DNA of 21,851 nt, from assembly GCA_964636545.1 (NCBI GenBank), contig CAZWSR010000012.1, positions 1-21,851 on the forward strand, given 5' to 3'. Shown in pieces: positions 1 through 7,867 of this stretch (the first letter of the stretch is position 1; each line of letters opens with the position of its first letter). A program made the position numbers and the translations under genes. This DNA is from Candidatus Undinarchaeota archaeon. Its GTDB lineage: Archaea > Undinarchaeota > Undinarchaeia > Undinarchaeales > UBA543. The notes under the pieces are model-generated. The model ran no database searches, had not been told where the DNA came from, and saw nothing but the letters and a program-made list of their open reading frames with translations.

Positions 1-1
1 T

Positions 2-175
2 TTGCTGATAAGTGTTGGACTGCTTGTGGGAATTGTAAGTATATTAAGTAATCACATAATCAAACAAGAAACTAGGAAAACACACCAGAAAATAGAAGAA
101 AAACTAGAAGAAACTGATAAAAAACTAAATAGAAAATTAGAAGAGTTTAAATACAAAAAAGGACATAAAAAATAA
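2..175 (+). CDS. 3' end of a membrane protein (TM helix plus charged coiled-coil tail), truncated by the window edge
   Basis: Frame 2 is open from the edge: LLISVGLLVGIVSILSNHIIKQETRKTHQKIEEKLEETDKKLNRKLEEFKYKKGHKK*, with TAA at 173-175 and the next ATG at 177. Not in the ORF track. Confidence 0.65.
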   Translation: MLISVGLLVGIVSILSNHIIKQETRKTHQKIEEKLEETDKKLNRKLEEFKYKKGHKK

Positions 176-176
176 C

Positions 177-593
177 ATGAATCAGAAAATCGTATTGATA
201 TCGGGCATTGTCTTGTTATCACTTATTGTAGTACTGTCTTTTGTAATTACTGTTGAGACAGCTCCAACAGGAGATTTAGTTGTAAGATCGCCTGGACGAT
301 TCTTAGGTTGGAAGTTACCAACATATCCAGAAGGATTTAAAATGCCAGAATGTGAAGAATCTGATGAAGGTAGAGATTACTACAAGAAAGGTGCTTTAGC
401 AGCAAAGGATAGTGGTGTTAAGTATGATTCATGCGCAGAAGGCGGAAAGTATGTATCGGAATATTATTGTAGAGATACTGGAAAAATAGGAGTTATACTA
501 CACAGATGCAAATATGGTTGTGATAATGGAGCATGCAAAACAGCAGGCCTTGACCTAATTACACCACCTAGCGGACCTGGATTAGCGAATTAA
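177..593 (+). CDS. Secreted or membrane-anchored Cys-rich protein
   Basis: N-terminal hydrophobic segment, then a CEESDEGRDYYKKG..DSC..EYYC..CKYGCDNGAC module of the kind common in DPANN surface proteins. Confidence 0.75.
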   Translation: MNQKIVLISGIVLLSLIVVLSFVITVETAPTGDLVVRSPGRFLGWKLPTYPEGFKMPECEESDEGRDYYKKGALAAKDSGVKYDSCAEGGKYVSEYYCRDTGKIGVILHRCKYGCDNGACKTAGLDLITPPSGPGLAN

Positions 594-641
594 ACATATA
601 TTCTGAATGACAATAAATAATAAAAAGGAGTGTGAACAAGT

Positions 642-757
642 AAAAAGTCGCTGTGAGTGGGAGGCATCAAAGTCCGCAAGGGCTTAGGTGGAACATACCT
701 CAAAAAGGTATGGGAGCTGTTGTAAAAAACAGGTTTTTGGCTTACAGCACTTTTTTT
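642..757 (+). ncRNA. Putative structured small RNA (long closing stem plus three hairpins), family unknown
   Basis: Stems 642-648/749-755, 650-658/740-748 and 660-665/733-738. Hairpins 670-685 (GCAA tetraloop), 694-712 and 717-732. G-U pairs favour the + strand. AT-rich TATA-like tract at about 614-625 and a T7 run at 751-757. Confidence 0.6.
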
Positions 758-763
758 ATATAA

Positions 764-1900
764 TTACAAAATCAGCTTGCGTGCTTCTTCAATATCGCCT
801 TCAGAAAGTTTTGTTAAGAGAGTTTCAATTGAATTAATATCAGAATATTCTAGATCTTCTAGGTGCTTTTTCAAGAGTTCGAGGCCCATTTCATCAACAG
901 ACATTTGTTTTTGTCGCAAACGCTCAACAATCTCGCGTCTTTCAAGAACCTCTGTGTTCCCGAGATGTGACTTGTCAATTCGTAGAATTAAGCTCTCTTG
1001 TGATTGTCGCTCAATATCACTAACAGAGATATCTGCTGAAGAAAACCCTTTTTCCAATGTACCTTCAAGTACAATCTTTACAATAGGTTTTCGTGCTTCA
1101 GTGGAAATTTTTGAAACTTCAAACCTCACCTTATCAATAACTTCCTGAGATTTTGCATTTTCAAAAGAAATTGCGCGATAGTGGAATTTGCGAGGTGTTT
1201 CAAGAGTTACAAAATTCAAATTTTGATTTTCATAAATATAGAATCCTTTTGGTTTTTCAGCTTCAATTTTTCGCATTTGCGTAAGAACAGTTGATCCAGG
1301 AATAATGAACTTACCTTTACCATATTCTTTTTCCTCATTCCAATGCATATGACCACTTACAATAAGATCAAAATTTTGTGGCATATCAGTAAGTTTTAGA
1401 ATTGATTGGCCATGACCAGTGTAAAGAAACGGTTCTACTGACTGGTGTAGCATCATAACATTCAACGCACCTTCAACTGGTTCTGGATTGAATTTTTCAA
1501 GCACAATTCTTGAATAATCTTCAGGAACACCACTCATTCCATGAACTGCAAGTTTCTGACCATTAATATCAAGAATAATTTTATCACAATGTAAATGCTT
1601 TAGCAAACCAGCTTTTTCAAGTAATTGAACAGAGTTAGTTAGGCCTTTTCCACGGCGCTCATGAGTACCGTGGATAGCGATTATTGGAATATTTGTTTTT
1701 CTGAAAATGCTAATTGCGCGTCCAAGAACATCCTGACTAGGAATTCTAGAATCAAAAATATCTCCAGCAATAAGAATAGCATCAACATTCAGCTCAGCAG
1801 CTTTCTGAAGTGCTTCTTCTGCTTGAATAAATGAATCTTCCCTTCGCTCAGTATTATAAGCGTACCCTAGGTGAAAATCAGACATCACTGCTAGTTTCAT
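764..1900 (-). CDS. mre11: DNA double-strand break repair nuclease Mre11 (SbcD-like metallophosphoesterase)
   Basis: Motifs SDFHLG, AGDIFD, HGTHE, MLHQ and SGHMH, then PGS, followed by a capping domain. Confidence 0.9.
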   Translation of the reverse strand: MKLAVMSDFHLGYAYNTERREDSFIQAEEALQKAAELNVDAILIAGDIFDSRIPSQDVLGRAISIFRKTNIPIIAIHGTHERRGKGLTNSVQLLEKAGLLKHLHCDKIILDINGQKLAVHGMSGVPEDYSRIVLEKFNPEPVEGALNVMMLHQSVEPFLYTGHGQSILKLTDMPQNFDLIVSGHMHWNEEKEYGKGKFIIPGSTVLTQMRKIEAEKPKGFYIYENQNLNFVTLETPRKFHYRAISFENAKSQEVIDKVRFEVSKISTEARKPIVKIVLEGTLEKGFSSADISVSDIERQSQESLILRIDKSHLGNTEVLERREIVERLRQKQMSVDEMGLELLKKHLEDLEYSDINSIETLLTKLSEGDIEEARKLIL

Positions 1901-1954
1901 TACTACCCTCGACTAATACTTCAAAGAACTACTTAATAATATTTGTCTAAGAGC

Positions 1955-2743
1955 TTACTCTTCTTTCTTCTCTTCTTTAGCTGGCTCTTCTTTCTTCTCG
2001 CCACCTTCAGCAGGAGCAGCTCCAGCAGCACCGCCACCTTCAGCAGCCATTCCAGCAGGTACAACCAATTTGTTAATAAGTGCAGTAGCAATTCCAGCTT
2101 CTTTAAGAGCAGCTTTCTTCTCAGAGTCTTCCTTGCCATCCATTTTAGCAAGTATCTCATCAGCTTTAGCTTGCTGTTCTGCGCGTGCTTTCTCAAGTTC
2201 TGCAGCCATTTTCTTTCTTTCTTCTGCAAGTTTTGCCTCTTCTTCAGCTGACAATTCAGTTTTACCTGAATCTATTTTAGCATCAAATTTACCTTCGTCA
2301 ATATCAACTAGAGATTCTGGAGCTGGCTTACCTTCAACTAAAATACCCATTGATTGGCAAGATCCAACAACTGTTTTAACAGCAGCTTTTCTGCTTCCAG
2401 TCATTAAAGACTCCTCTTTCATCATAGCGATTTTAATTGCTTGTTCAATAAGCATGTCGGCAACTTTCTCTTCTTTTGGGTTTGCAGCGCCTTTTTCAAT
2501 TTTAAGTTCTTGTTTAATAAGTGCAGAAACTGGTGGTGTACCAACTTCTACTTCAAAAGCTTTAGTTTTAGGATCGACTTTGACAGTTACAGGAACTTTC
2601 ATTCCAACAAATGCTTTGGTTTTTGCATTAATTTCCTCAATGACCTTGTTTATTGGCACGCCTAGAGGACCCAGTGCTGGGCCTAGAGGAGGTCCGGCTG
2701 TTGCCTTTCCACCTTCAACCAAAGATTTTATCTGTTCTGTCAT
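1955..2743 (-). CDS. rpl11: 50S ribosomal protein uL11 with a long C-terminal extension
   Basis: GGKATAGPPLGPALGPLG, VPVTV, GTPPVSALIK and GSCQSMGI motifs; located downstream of secE-spt5. Confidence 0.95.
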   Translation of the reverse strand: MTEQIKSLVEGGKATAGPPLGPALGPLGVPINKVIEEINAKTKAFVGMKVPVTVKVDPKTKAFEVEVGTPPVSALIKQELKIEKGAANPKEEKVADMLIEQAIKIAMMKEESLMTGSRKAAVKTVVGSCQSMGILVEGKPAPESLVDIDEGKFDAKIDSGKTELSAEEEAKLAEERKKMAAELEKARAEQQAKADEILAKMDGKEDSEKKAALKEAGIATALINKLVVPAGMAAEGGGAAGAAPAEGGEKKEEPAKEEKKEE

Positions 2744-2791
2744 TTGAGTATGAGCAAAATATGTTTGCTATTGTCTATTTAAGCTTTATGT

Positions 2792-3595
2792 TTAGAGTGC
2801 AAATGGATCTTCGGTTTCTGGCTCGTTCTCTTCAGCTTCTTTTGCAGCTTTTGCTTTTTTGTCATCAAGGTCTTTTTCTAGAACACGAACTGATTCAGCA
2901 GGAACAGTAATTGGAATTGGAACTGTTGCCTCAAGCAATTCAATTGTGATCTCATTCTTTGTATTGTCAACACGAGTGATTTTTGCTTTTTCACCCTTGA
3001 ATGGACCTGCAGAAACCTCAACAATGTAATCAACAGCAAGTGTTGTAACTGCTGGTTTTGGAGCTAAAAAGTGACTTATTTCATCAAGACCAGTTTTTCC
3101 AGAAACTAATCCACGAGCATGAGTAACGCCCCTGTATGCTTTGTCAATGTCCTTTCTACTGCCTTCAACAAGCAAGTAGCCTTTCAATCCAGGCACAACT
3201 ATTGCAGAAATGTCATATCCATCGCGCATAATGCGGTCATAGAGCTTGGAAGCTACGTTTTTTTCCTTATTAGCAGTTGTTCGGATAGCATAAATTCCTC
3301 TGTCGTCTTCAGGTTCTTCGGTTTCTTCCTCTTCTTCTGGTTCTTTTGGCTCAGGGGTTTGAGGTTTGGGGTTGGAGGTTTGGGGTTCTTCCTCTTTAGT
3401 TTCTTCAGTTTTTTCACCTACTACCTTCTGCCCACTACCAACTACCTTTTCTTCCTCATACTCCTTTGCTTCCTCTTCTGGAATATCTGGCTCGTCTTTG
3501 AACAAAGCCGATTCTTCCTCAGGTTTGGTTTTAGCTTCGCTAGTTACAGTCTCTTCTTCCCTGTTATTTTCCTTACTATCTTCAGTTGAATTCAT
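2792..3595 (-). CDS. spt5: Transcription elongation factor Spt5 (NGN plus KOW) with an ~100-aa acidic N-terminal extension
   Basis: NGN (IYAIRTTANKE..LKGYLLVE) and KOW (VEVSAGPFKGEKAKI) domains. Start moved to ATG 3595, which is preceded by an AGGTG Shine-Dalgarno sequence. Confidence 0.92.
   Translation of the reverse strand: MNSTEDSKENNREEETVTSEAKTKPEEESALFKDEPDIPEEEAKEYEEEKVVGSGQKVVGEKTEETKEEEPQTSNPKPQTPEPKEPEEEEETEEPEDDRGIYAIRTTANKEKNVASKLYDRIMRDGYDISAIVVPGLKGYLLVEGSRKDIDKAYRGVTHARGLVSGKTGLDEISHFLAPKPAVTTLAVDYIVEVSAGPFKGEKAKITRVDNTKNEITIELLEATVPIPITVPAESVRVLEKDLDDKKAKAAKEAEENEPETEDPFAL
3354..3387. repeat. Tandem heptamer array (GRGGTTT) inside the spt5 coding sequence
   Basis: GGGGTTT GAGGTTT GGGGTTG GAGGTTT GGGGTT, encoding PQTSNPKPQTP on the minus strand. 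Confidence 0.8.
3416..3447. repeat. Tandem heptamer array (NGGYAGW) inside the spt5 coding sequence
   Basis: Minus strand reads AGGTAGT TGGTAGT GGGCAGA AGGTAGT AGGT, encoding KVVGSGQKVVG; 27/32 identical to 7801-7832. Confidence 0.8.
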
Positions 3596-3606
3596 AAGAA
3601 ACACCT

Positions 3607-3777
3607 TTAAACGCCAGTAATCATACGTGACGCCATGTGTATTAAGAAGCCAATGAGCCCTATAAGAATAATTCCGATGCCCGTCACTTTAAGGATGGCG
3701 CGAAACTCCATCCCAGTAGGCTTCTTTGCAATTCGCAATATCCTAGCATAGGATTGCAATTTTTCCTTTATTTTCAT
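3607..3777 (-). CDS. secE: Protein translocase subunit SecE/Sec61-gamma
   Basis: Manual translation MKIKEKLQSYARILRIAKKPTGMEFRAILKVTGIGIILIGLIGFLIHMASRMITGV (56 aa), in the canonical ftsZ-secE-spt5 order. Not in the ORF track. Confidence 0.95.
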   Translation of the reverse strand: MKIKEKLQSYARILRIAKKPTGMEFRAILKVTGIGIILIGLIGFLIHMASRMITGV

Positions 3778-3795
3778 TAGGATTTGTTTGTTTTA

Positions 3796-4887
3796 TTAAC
3801 CGACAAAGTCAATCCCGTACTCGCTCTCCATTTTGTTCCTGTAAACCTTCTTTTCTTCTGTGTCGTCAGGTCCAAGGATTTGCTTCTGCGGTTTCAAGCC
3901 AGTAACCACTAGCATGACACGCATTATGTTCTGAAGCTCAGGATCAATTCGAGCACCCCAGATTATCTTTGCATTTGGATCAAGTTTGTCAGATACTGCT
4001 TCCATCACAATGCGAGCGTCCTGCAATGTCATGTCAGGTCCGCCAACAACATTTATTAAAGCGCCTTTTGCGCCAGTGATGTCAACATCAAGTAATGGGT
4101 TTGTGAGTGCTTTTTCAACTGCTTCTCGTGCCTTGTCATCGCTATCTGATTCACCAAGACCGATCATTGCAGTTCCGCCATCACGCATAACAGCGCGAAT
4201 ATCAGCGAAATCTAAGTTCACAAGACCTTCTTTTGTAACAAGTTCTGTTATGCCTTTGACAGCATTCACAAGAATCTCGTCAGCAACCTTGAAAGCAGCA
4301 TTAAGTGGAAGCTCAGGAACAATTTCCAAAAGCTTGTCATTAGGTATTACAATGACAGTGTCAGTGTGTTCCCTAAGAGCTGCAAGTCCAGCCTGAGAAT
4401 TTTCCCAGCGGACAGCACCTTCAATGCTGAATGGAAGTGTTACAATACCAATTGTAAGAGCTTTGCCCTTTTTGGCAAGTTCTGCAACAACTGGAATGGA
4501 CCCAGTACCAGTACCACCACCAAGACCACAAGTTACAAAGACAAGGTCAGAACCGGCGACAGCGTCCTTAAGTTCTTTCTCGTCCTCCTTTGCAGCATCA
4601 GCGCCGACTCTTGGATCAGAACCTGCACCAAGACCCCCAGTAGTTTCTTTGCCTATGAGAATCTTTTGTGTAGCGTTTGTGTATAACAAGTCCTGTGCAT
4701 CAGTATTAACGGCAACACAATCTGCGCCATCGATTCCAATGTCCATTAGCCTGTTAATGGTGTTGTTTCCAGCACCACCGCTACCAACGACCTTAATGGA
4801 AGTCCTCTTTGCTCGTACCACGTCCTCCAAGCCAGAGCTTGCAGGCATTGCATATGTTGTATCTTTTATTGTTTCTTGACTGACCAT
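3796..4887 (-). CDS. ftsZ: Cell division protein FtsZ (FtsZ1-type by gene context)
   Basis: GGAGNN, GLGGGTGTG and NLDFAD motifs. Confidence 0.97.
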   Translation of the reverse strand: MVSQETIKDTTYAMPASSGLEDVVRAKRTSIKVVGSGGAGNNTINRLMDIGIDGADCVAVNTDAQDLLYTNATQKILIGKETTGGLGAGSDPRVGADAAKEDEKELKDAVAGSDLVFVTCGLGGGTGTGSIPVVAELAKKGKALTIGIVTLPFSIEGAVRWENSQAGLAALREHTDTVIVIPNDKLLEIVPELPLNAAFKVADEILVNAVKGITELVTKEGLVNLDFADIRAVMRDGGTAMIGLGESDSDDKAREAVEKALTNPLLDVDITGAKGALINVVGGPDMTLQDARIVMEAVSDKLDPNAKIIWGARIDPELQNIMRVMLVVTGLKPQKQILGPDDTEEKKVYRNKMESEYGIDFVG

Positions 4888-4910
4888 TTTTCCCTACCTC
4901 AATTATATGA

Positions 4911-5642
4911 TTATGATTTTTTATCAGCCGCAGCTGCTTGTTTAACAGGTTTTGGCTTTTCAAATATGTCAATGAATTTGACAGTTTCTATCCCCCCAAT
5001 ATATTTGATTATATCCCTCGCTACTATGTCTTCTGTCAAATTTATATATCTTCTGGTTTGCGGATTTTTTGGACTTGTTATTTCCACATTATTTCCAGTT
5101 AACTTAACAATAATTTCAGTTGTGTCAACTTTTGACAGATGGAACCTGAATAATGATTTTATTTGATCTTCTTGTTTTTCAATTTTATCGTGAATTTCAA
5201 CTTCGTATTCCAGATCTTTGCCAGCAAGTGGATGATTGAAATCAACTTTTATTCGTCCACCACTAACGCTTTGTACAAACCCATACTGACCATCAAAATT
5301 AACTGGCATACCAGGCATTGGTTTTACATCGCGCTTTTTGAATTCACTTCGTGGAATAAGTTTTAAAAGAGTAGCGTCGCGGTTTCCGAAACCGTCAACA
5401 GGTGAAATATCGAATTTTTTTGTGTCTCCAACCTTTAATTCAGAAAGGTGTTTGTCAAGTCCTGGGATAACGTGCTGTGCACCAACAATAATGGTGACTG
5501 GGCCGTATTTTGCATTATCAGACATCATGCCTTCTTTTTTTGCAACATCCTCTCTAGTAAGATCAAAAATCTTGCCAGTTGCCTTGACTTTTCCCACATA
5601 ATCAATTGTGATGAAGTCGCCTTCTTTAATTGAATCTGCCAT
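4911..5642 (-). CDS. slyD: FKBP-type peptidyl-prolyl isomerase, long archaeal SlyD-like form
   Basis: GDFITIDYVG, VIPGLD and VDFNHPLAGKDLEYEV motifs, plus an archaeal C-terminal domain. Confidence 0.9.
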   Translation of the reverse strand: MADSIKEGDFITIDYVGKVKATGKIFDLTREDVAKKEGMMSDNAKYGPVTIIVGAQHVIPGLDKHLSELKVGDTKKFDISPVDGFGNRDATLLKLIPRSEFKKRDVKPMPGMPVNFDGQYGFVQSVSGGRIKVDFNHPLAGKDLEYEVEIHDKIEKQEDQIKSLFRFHLSKVDTTEIIVKLTGNNVEITSPKNPQTRRYINLTEDIVARDIIKYIGGIETVKFIDIFEKPKPVKQAAAADKKS

Positions 5643-5765
5643 ATTTCCCCTCTAAATTTCTCCCTCGAGTTCCCAAGTTGGAACATTTAAGCTCTTAGAA
5701 GTGACTTATTCAAGAAGGAAGTTCCTTTTAAAGTTTTTCCTTAACCTTTGGTTCAAGTGGAACCA

Positions 5766-6908
5766 TCAAACTTTCAAAAAACCAGCAACAGGCGCCGTAA
5801 TATACGCATCAGCTGACTCTGGAAATGCCTTATAATTCTCTAAATTCACAAACACATTATCGCCTTCCTTGAAATTTTTCTTTAAAACCTCAGTTTTTGG
5901 TTTTAGTACACGAACTGTAATTCCTCGCCCTAAACTTATTCGCATTTTAACAAATGGCCCAAGGAAAAGTAAGCTGAGAATTTTTCCAGTTGTTATTTCA
6001 TCTTTGCCTTTCATTTTAGAAAGTGCTTTTTCAACTTCAACATCTTCTGGACGAACAAGCACTTTTACAGTTTCACCACTTTTGAAAGTGTATTTTGTTT
6101 TTGGCATATCCAAAAGCAGATATCCTAATTTAACTTTGTTTTTCTCAGCAACCCCATTTAACACATTCACTGTTCCAATAAATTGTGCAACAAAAGCAGA
6201 TTGTGGATCTTCATAAATTTCCTGAGGGGTGCCAAGATGCTCGATTTTCCCATTATTCATTACAGCAACTCTGTCTCCAAGCTCAAATGCTTCTTCTTGG
6301 TCGTGAGTAACAAGTATAGTGGTTATCCCAAGCTTTTTCTGGATTTCCTTAACATCCTGACGCATCCGACTTCTTGTGCTTGCATCCAATGCACCAAATG
6401 CTTCATCAAGAAGAAGAACTGATGGCTTCAAAACAAGAGCACGCGCCATTGCAATGCGCTGTTTTTGCCCACCAGACAGATTATTTGGATCGCGAGTTAT
6501 CATATCAGAAAGCCCCATTAAATCCAACATTTCCAAAACACGTTTATTGCGCTCAGCTTTTTTGACTTTTCTAATTTTTAATCCAAATTCAACATTCTCG
6601 CGAACATTCAGGTGAGTGAAAAGAGTGTAATGCTGAAACAAGAAACCAATATCACGATTTTGTGGAGGAATTCCAGACATGTTTTCGTCATCAAAAAGAA
6701 TGTCACCAGAGGTCTGCTTCTCAAGTCCCCCAATCATCCTAAGCAATGTGGTTTTTCCGCAACCACTTGGCCCAAGAATAACTAAGAATTCTCCTTTTTT
6801 CACATCTAAACTAATATCATTGACAACTGTTTTGTCACCATAACTTTTAGAAATTCCATTAACAGATATGCTGCACGCGTCAACTTTTTCAACAGGATTA
6901 GAAGCCAT
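5766..6908 (-). CDS. ABC transporter ATP-binding subunit (CysA/ModC/PotA-like) with a C-terminal TOBE-like region
   Basis: Walker A GPSGCGKT, LSGGQ, LLLDE and VTHDQEEA; overlaps the permease stop codon. Confidence 0.9.
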   Translation of the reverse strand: MASNPVEKVDACSISVNGISKSYGDKTVVNDISLDVKKGEFLVILGPSGCGKTTLLRMIGGLEKQTSGDILFDDENMSGIPPQNRDIGFLFQHYTLFTHLNVRENVEFGLKIRKVKKAERNKRVLEMLDLMGLSDMITRDPNNLSGGQKQRIAMARALVLKPSVLLLDEAFGALDASTRSRMRQDVKEIQKKLGITTILVTHDQEEAFELGDRVAVMNNGKIEHLGTPQEIYEDPQSAFVAQFIGTVNVLNGVAEKNKVKLGYLLLDMPKTKYTFKSGETVKVLVRPEDVEVEKALSKMKGKDEITTGKILSLLFLGPFVKMRISLGRGITVRVLKPKTEVLKKNFKEGDNVFVNLENYKAFPESADAYITAPVAGFLKV

Positions 6909-7746
6909 TTTTCTTTTTCCTACCTCCTGTAATAAATTTCAAACCATAAAGCATTGCAAATGATGCTAGAGCAAGCATTATTGCCATTGCACTTGCACCA
7001 GTATAATCAAGCTCTTGAATTCGTTGATAGATAAATAATGGAGCAGTTTGGGTGGACATTGCCAGATTTCCAGAAATCATTAATGTTGCACCAAATTCTC
7101 CAAGAGAACGGGCGAAAGTGAGTATTGAACCAGAGACAATTCCACCTTTTATTGCTGGAAGAGTGATATGCCTGAAAACCTGGAATCGTGATGCTCCAAG
7201 TGTTTTTGCAGCTTCTTCATGAACTTTTTCAACACCTTCAAGAACACCACTGACAGCACGAATTACAAATGGAAAAGTTACAAAAACGTGGGCAAGTAAA
7301 ATTCCAGGAAATGCATTAAGAACAGTTATGCCATGTTTTGTAAGATATCTGCCAAAAAGACCAATTGGTCCATAAAGCAAAAGCAAAGTAAAACCAGTAA
7401 CAGCAGTTGGAACAGCAATTGGAAGATCAACAATTGCATTTAGAATATTTTTTCCTGGAAAATCATAACGAACTAGCGCATATGCAGCAAGAGTTCCAAT
7501 AACAACATTGCAGAGAGCAGTGCTGATTGCTAGAATAATACTGAATTTTAATGCAAACAACGCACTTGGTGAAGTGACTGCCCGGAAAAACGAGGAAACT
7601 CCTTCTGAAAAAGAATAGTAAAACATGGAGCTCAGAGGCATTAAAATCAAAATCAAGAAAAAGAAAGTAACAATTCCAATAATAGCATAGCGTGCCATTG
7701 ACTCAGTAGTCTCATAACTTATTAACGGCTTCTTAGTCCCACCCAT
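6898..7746 (-). CDS. Sulfate/molybdate-family ABC permease (CysT-like)
   Basis: LVRYDFPGK, DLPIAVPTAVTG, EAA loop (EEAAKTLGAS) and FARSLGEFGA. Confidence 0.85.
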   Translation of the reverse strand: MGGTKKPLISYETTESMARYAIIGIVTFFFLILILMPLSSMFYYSFSEGVSSFFRAVTSPSALFALKFSIILAISTALCNVVIGTLAAYALVRYDFPGKNILNAIVDLPIAVPTAVTGFTLLLLYGPIGLFGRYLTKHGITVLNAFPGILLAHVFVTFPFVIRAVSGVLEGVEKVHEEAAKTLGASRFQVFRHITLPAIKGGIVSGSILTFARSLGEFGATLMISGNLAMSTQTAPLFIYQRIQELDYTGASAMAIMLALASFAMLYGLKFITGGRKKKNGF

Positions 7747-7800
7747 AAAGCAAATCTAAAAGTTACACTACTTAAAGGTTTGTTTTTGAGAAATTTGTTC

Positions 7801-7861
7801 GGGTAGTGGGTAGTAGGCAGAGGGCAGTAGGTCAGTACCTAGTGCCTACTACCTAGTGCCC
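7801..7861. repeat. Palindromic heptamer-array element (family RGGYAGW)
   Basis: GGGTAGT GGGTAGT AGGCAGA GGGCAGT AGGT-cagt-ACCT AGTGCCT ACTACCT AGTGCCC, immediately after the Yip1 gene stop. Confidence 0.85.
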
Positions 7862-7867
7862 TAATTA

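Noticed and set aside
1-51. Frame-1 Cys-rich ending FADKCWTACGNCKYIK*
   Set aside because: Frame 2 gives a longer, protein-like TM plus coiled-coil end that abuts the next ATG and explains the A-rich tract at 60-175.
599-615. Possible third operator copy, TATTCT-GAATG-ACAATA
   Set aside because: The spacer is 5 rather than 4 and the right arm has a mismatch; expected by chance in AT-rich DNA.
642-757. RNase P RNA, SRP RNA, tRNA-Sec or SAM riboswitch identity for the structured RNA
   Set aside because: AAAGTCC and GGCTTA recall RNase P P4, but the RNA is too short and that segment is locked in a hairpin. There is no SRP helix-8 motif, no T-loop, and no downstream sense gene.
7801-7861. Heptamer arrays (here and at 12270-12337) as CRISPR repeats
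   Set aside because: The units are 7 nt with no unique spacers, and no cas genes are present.
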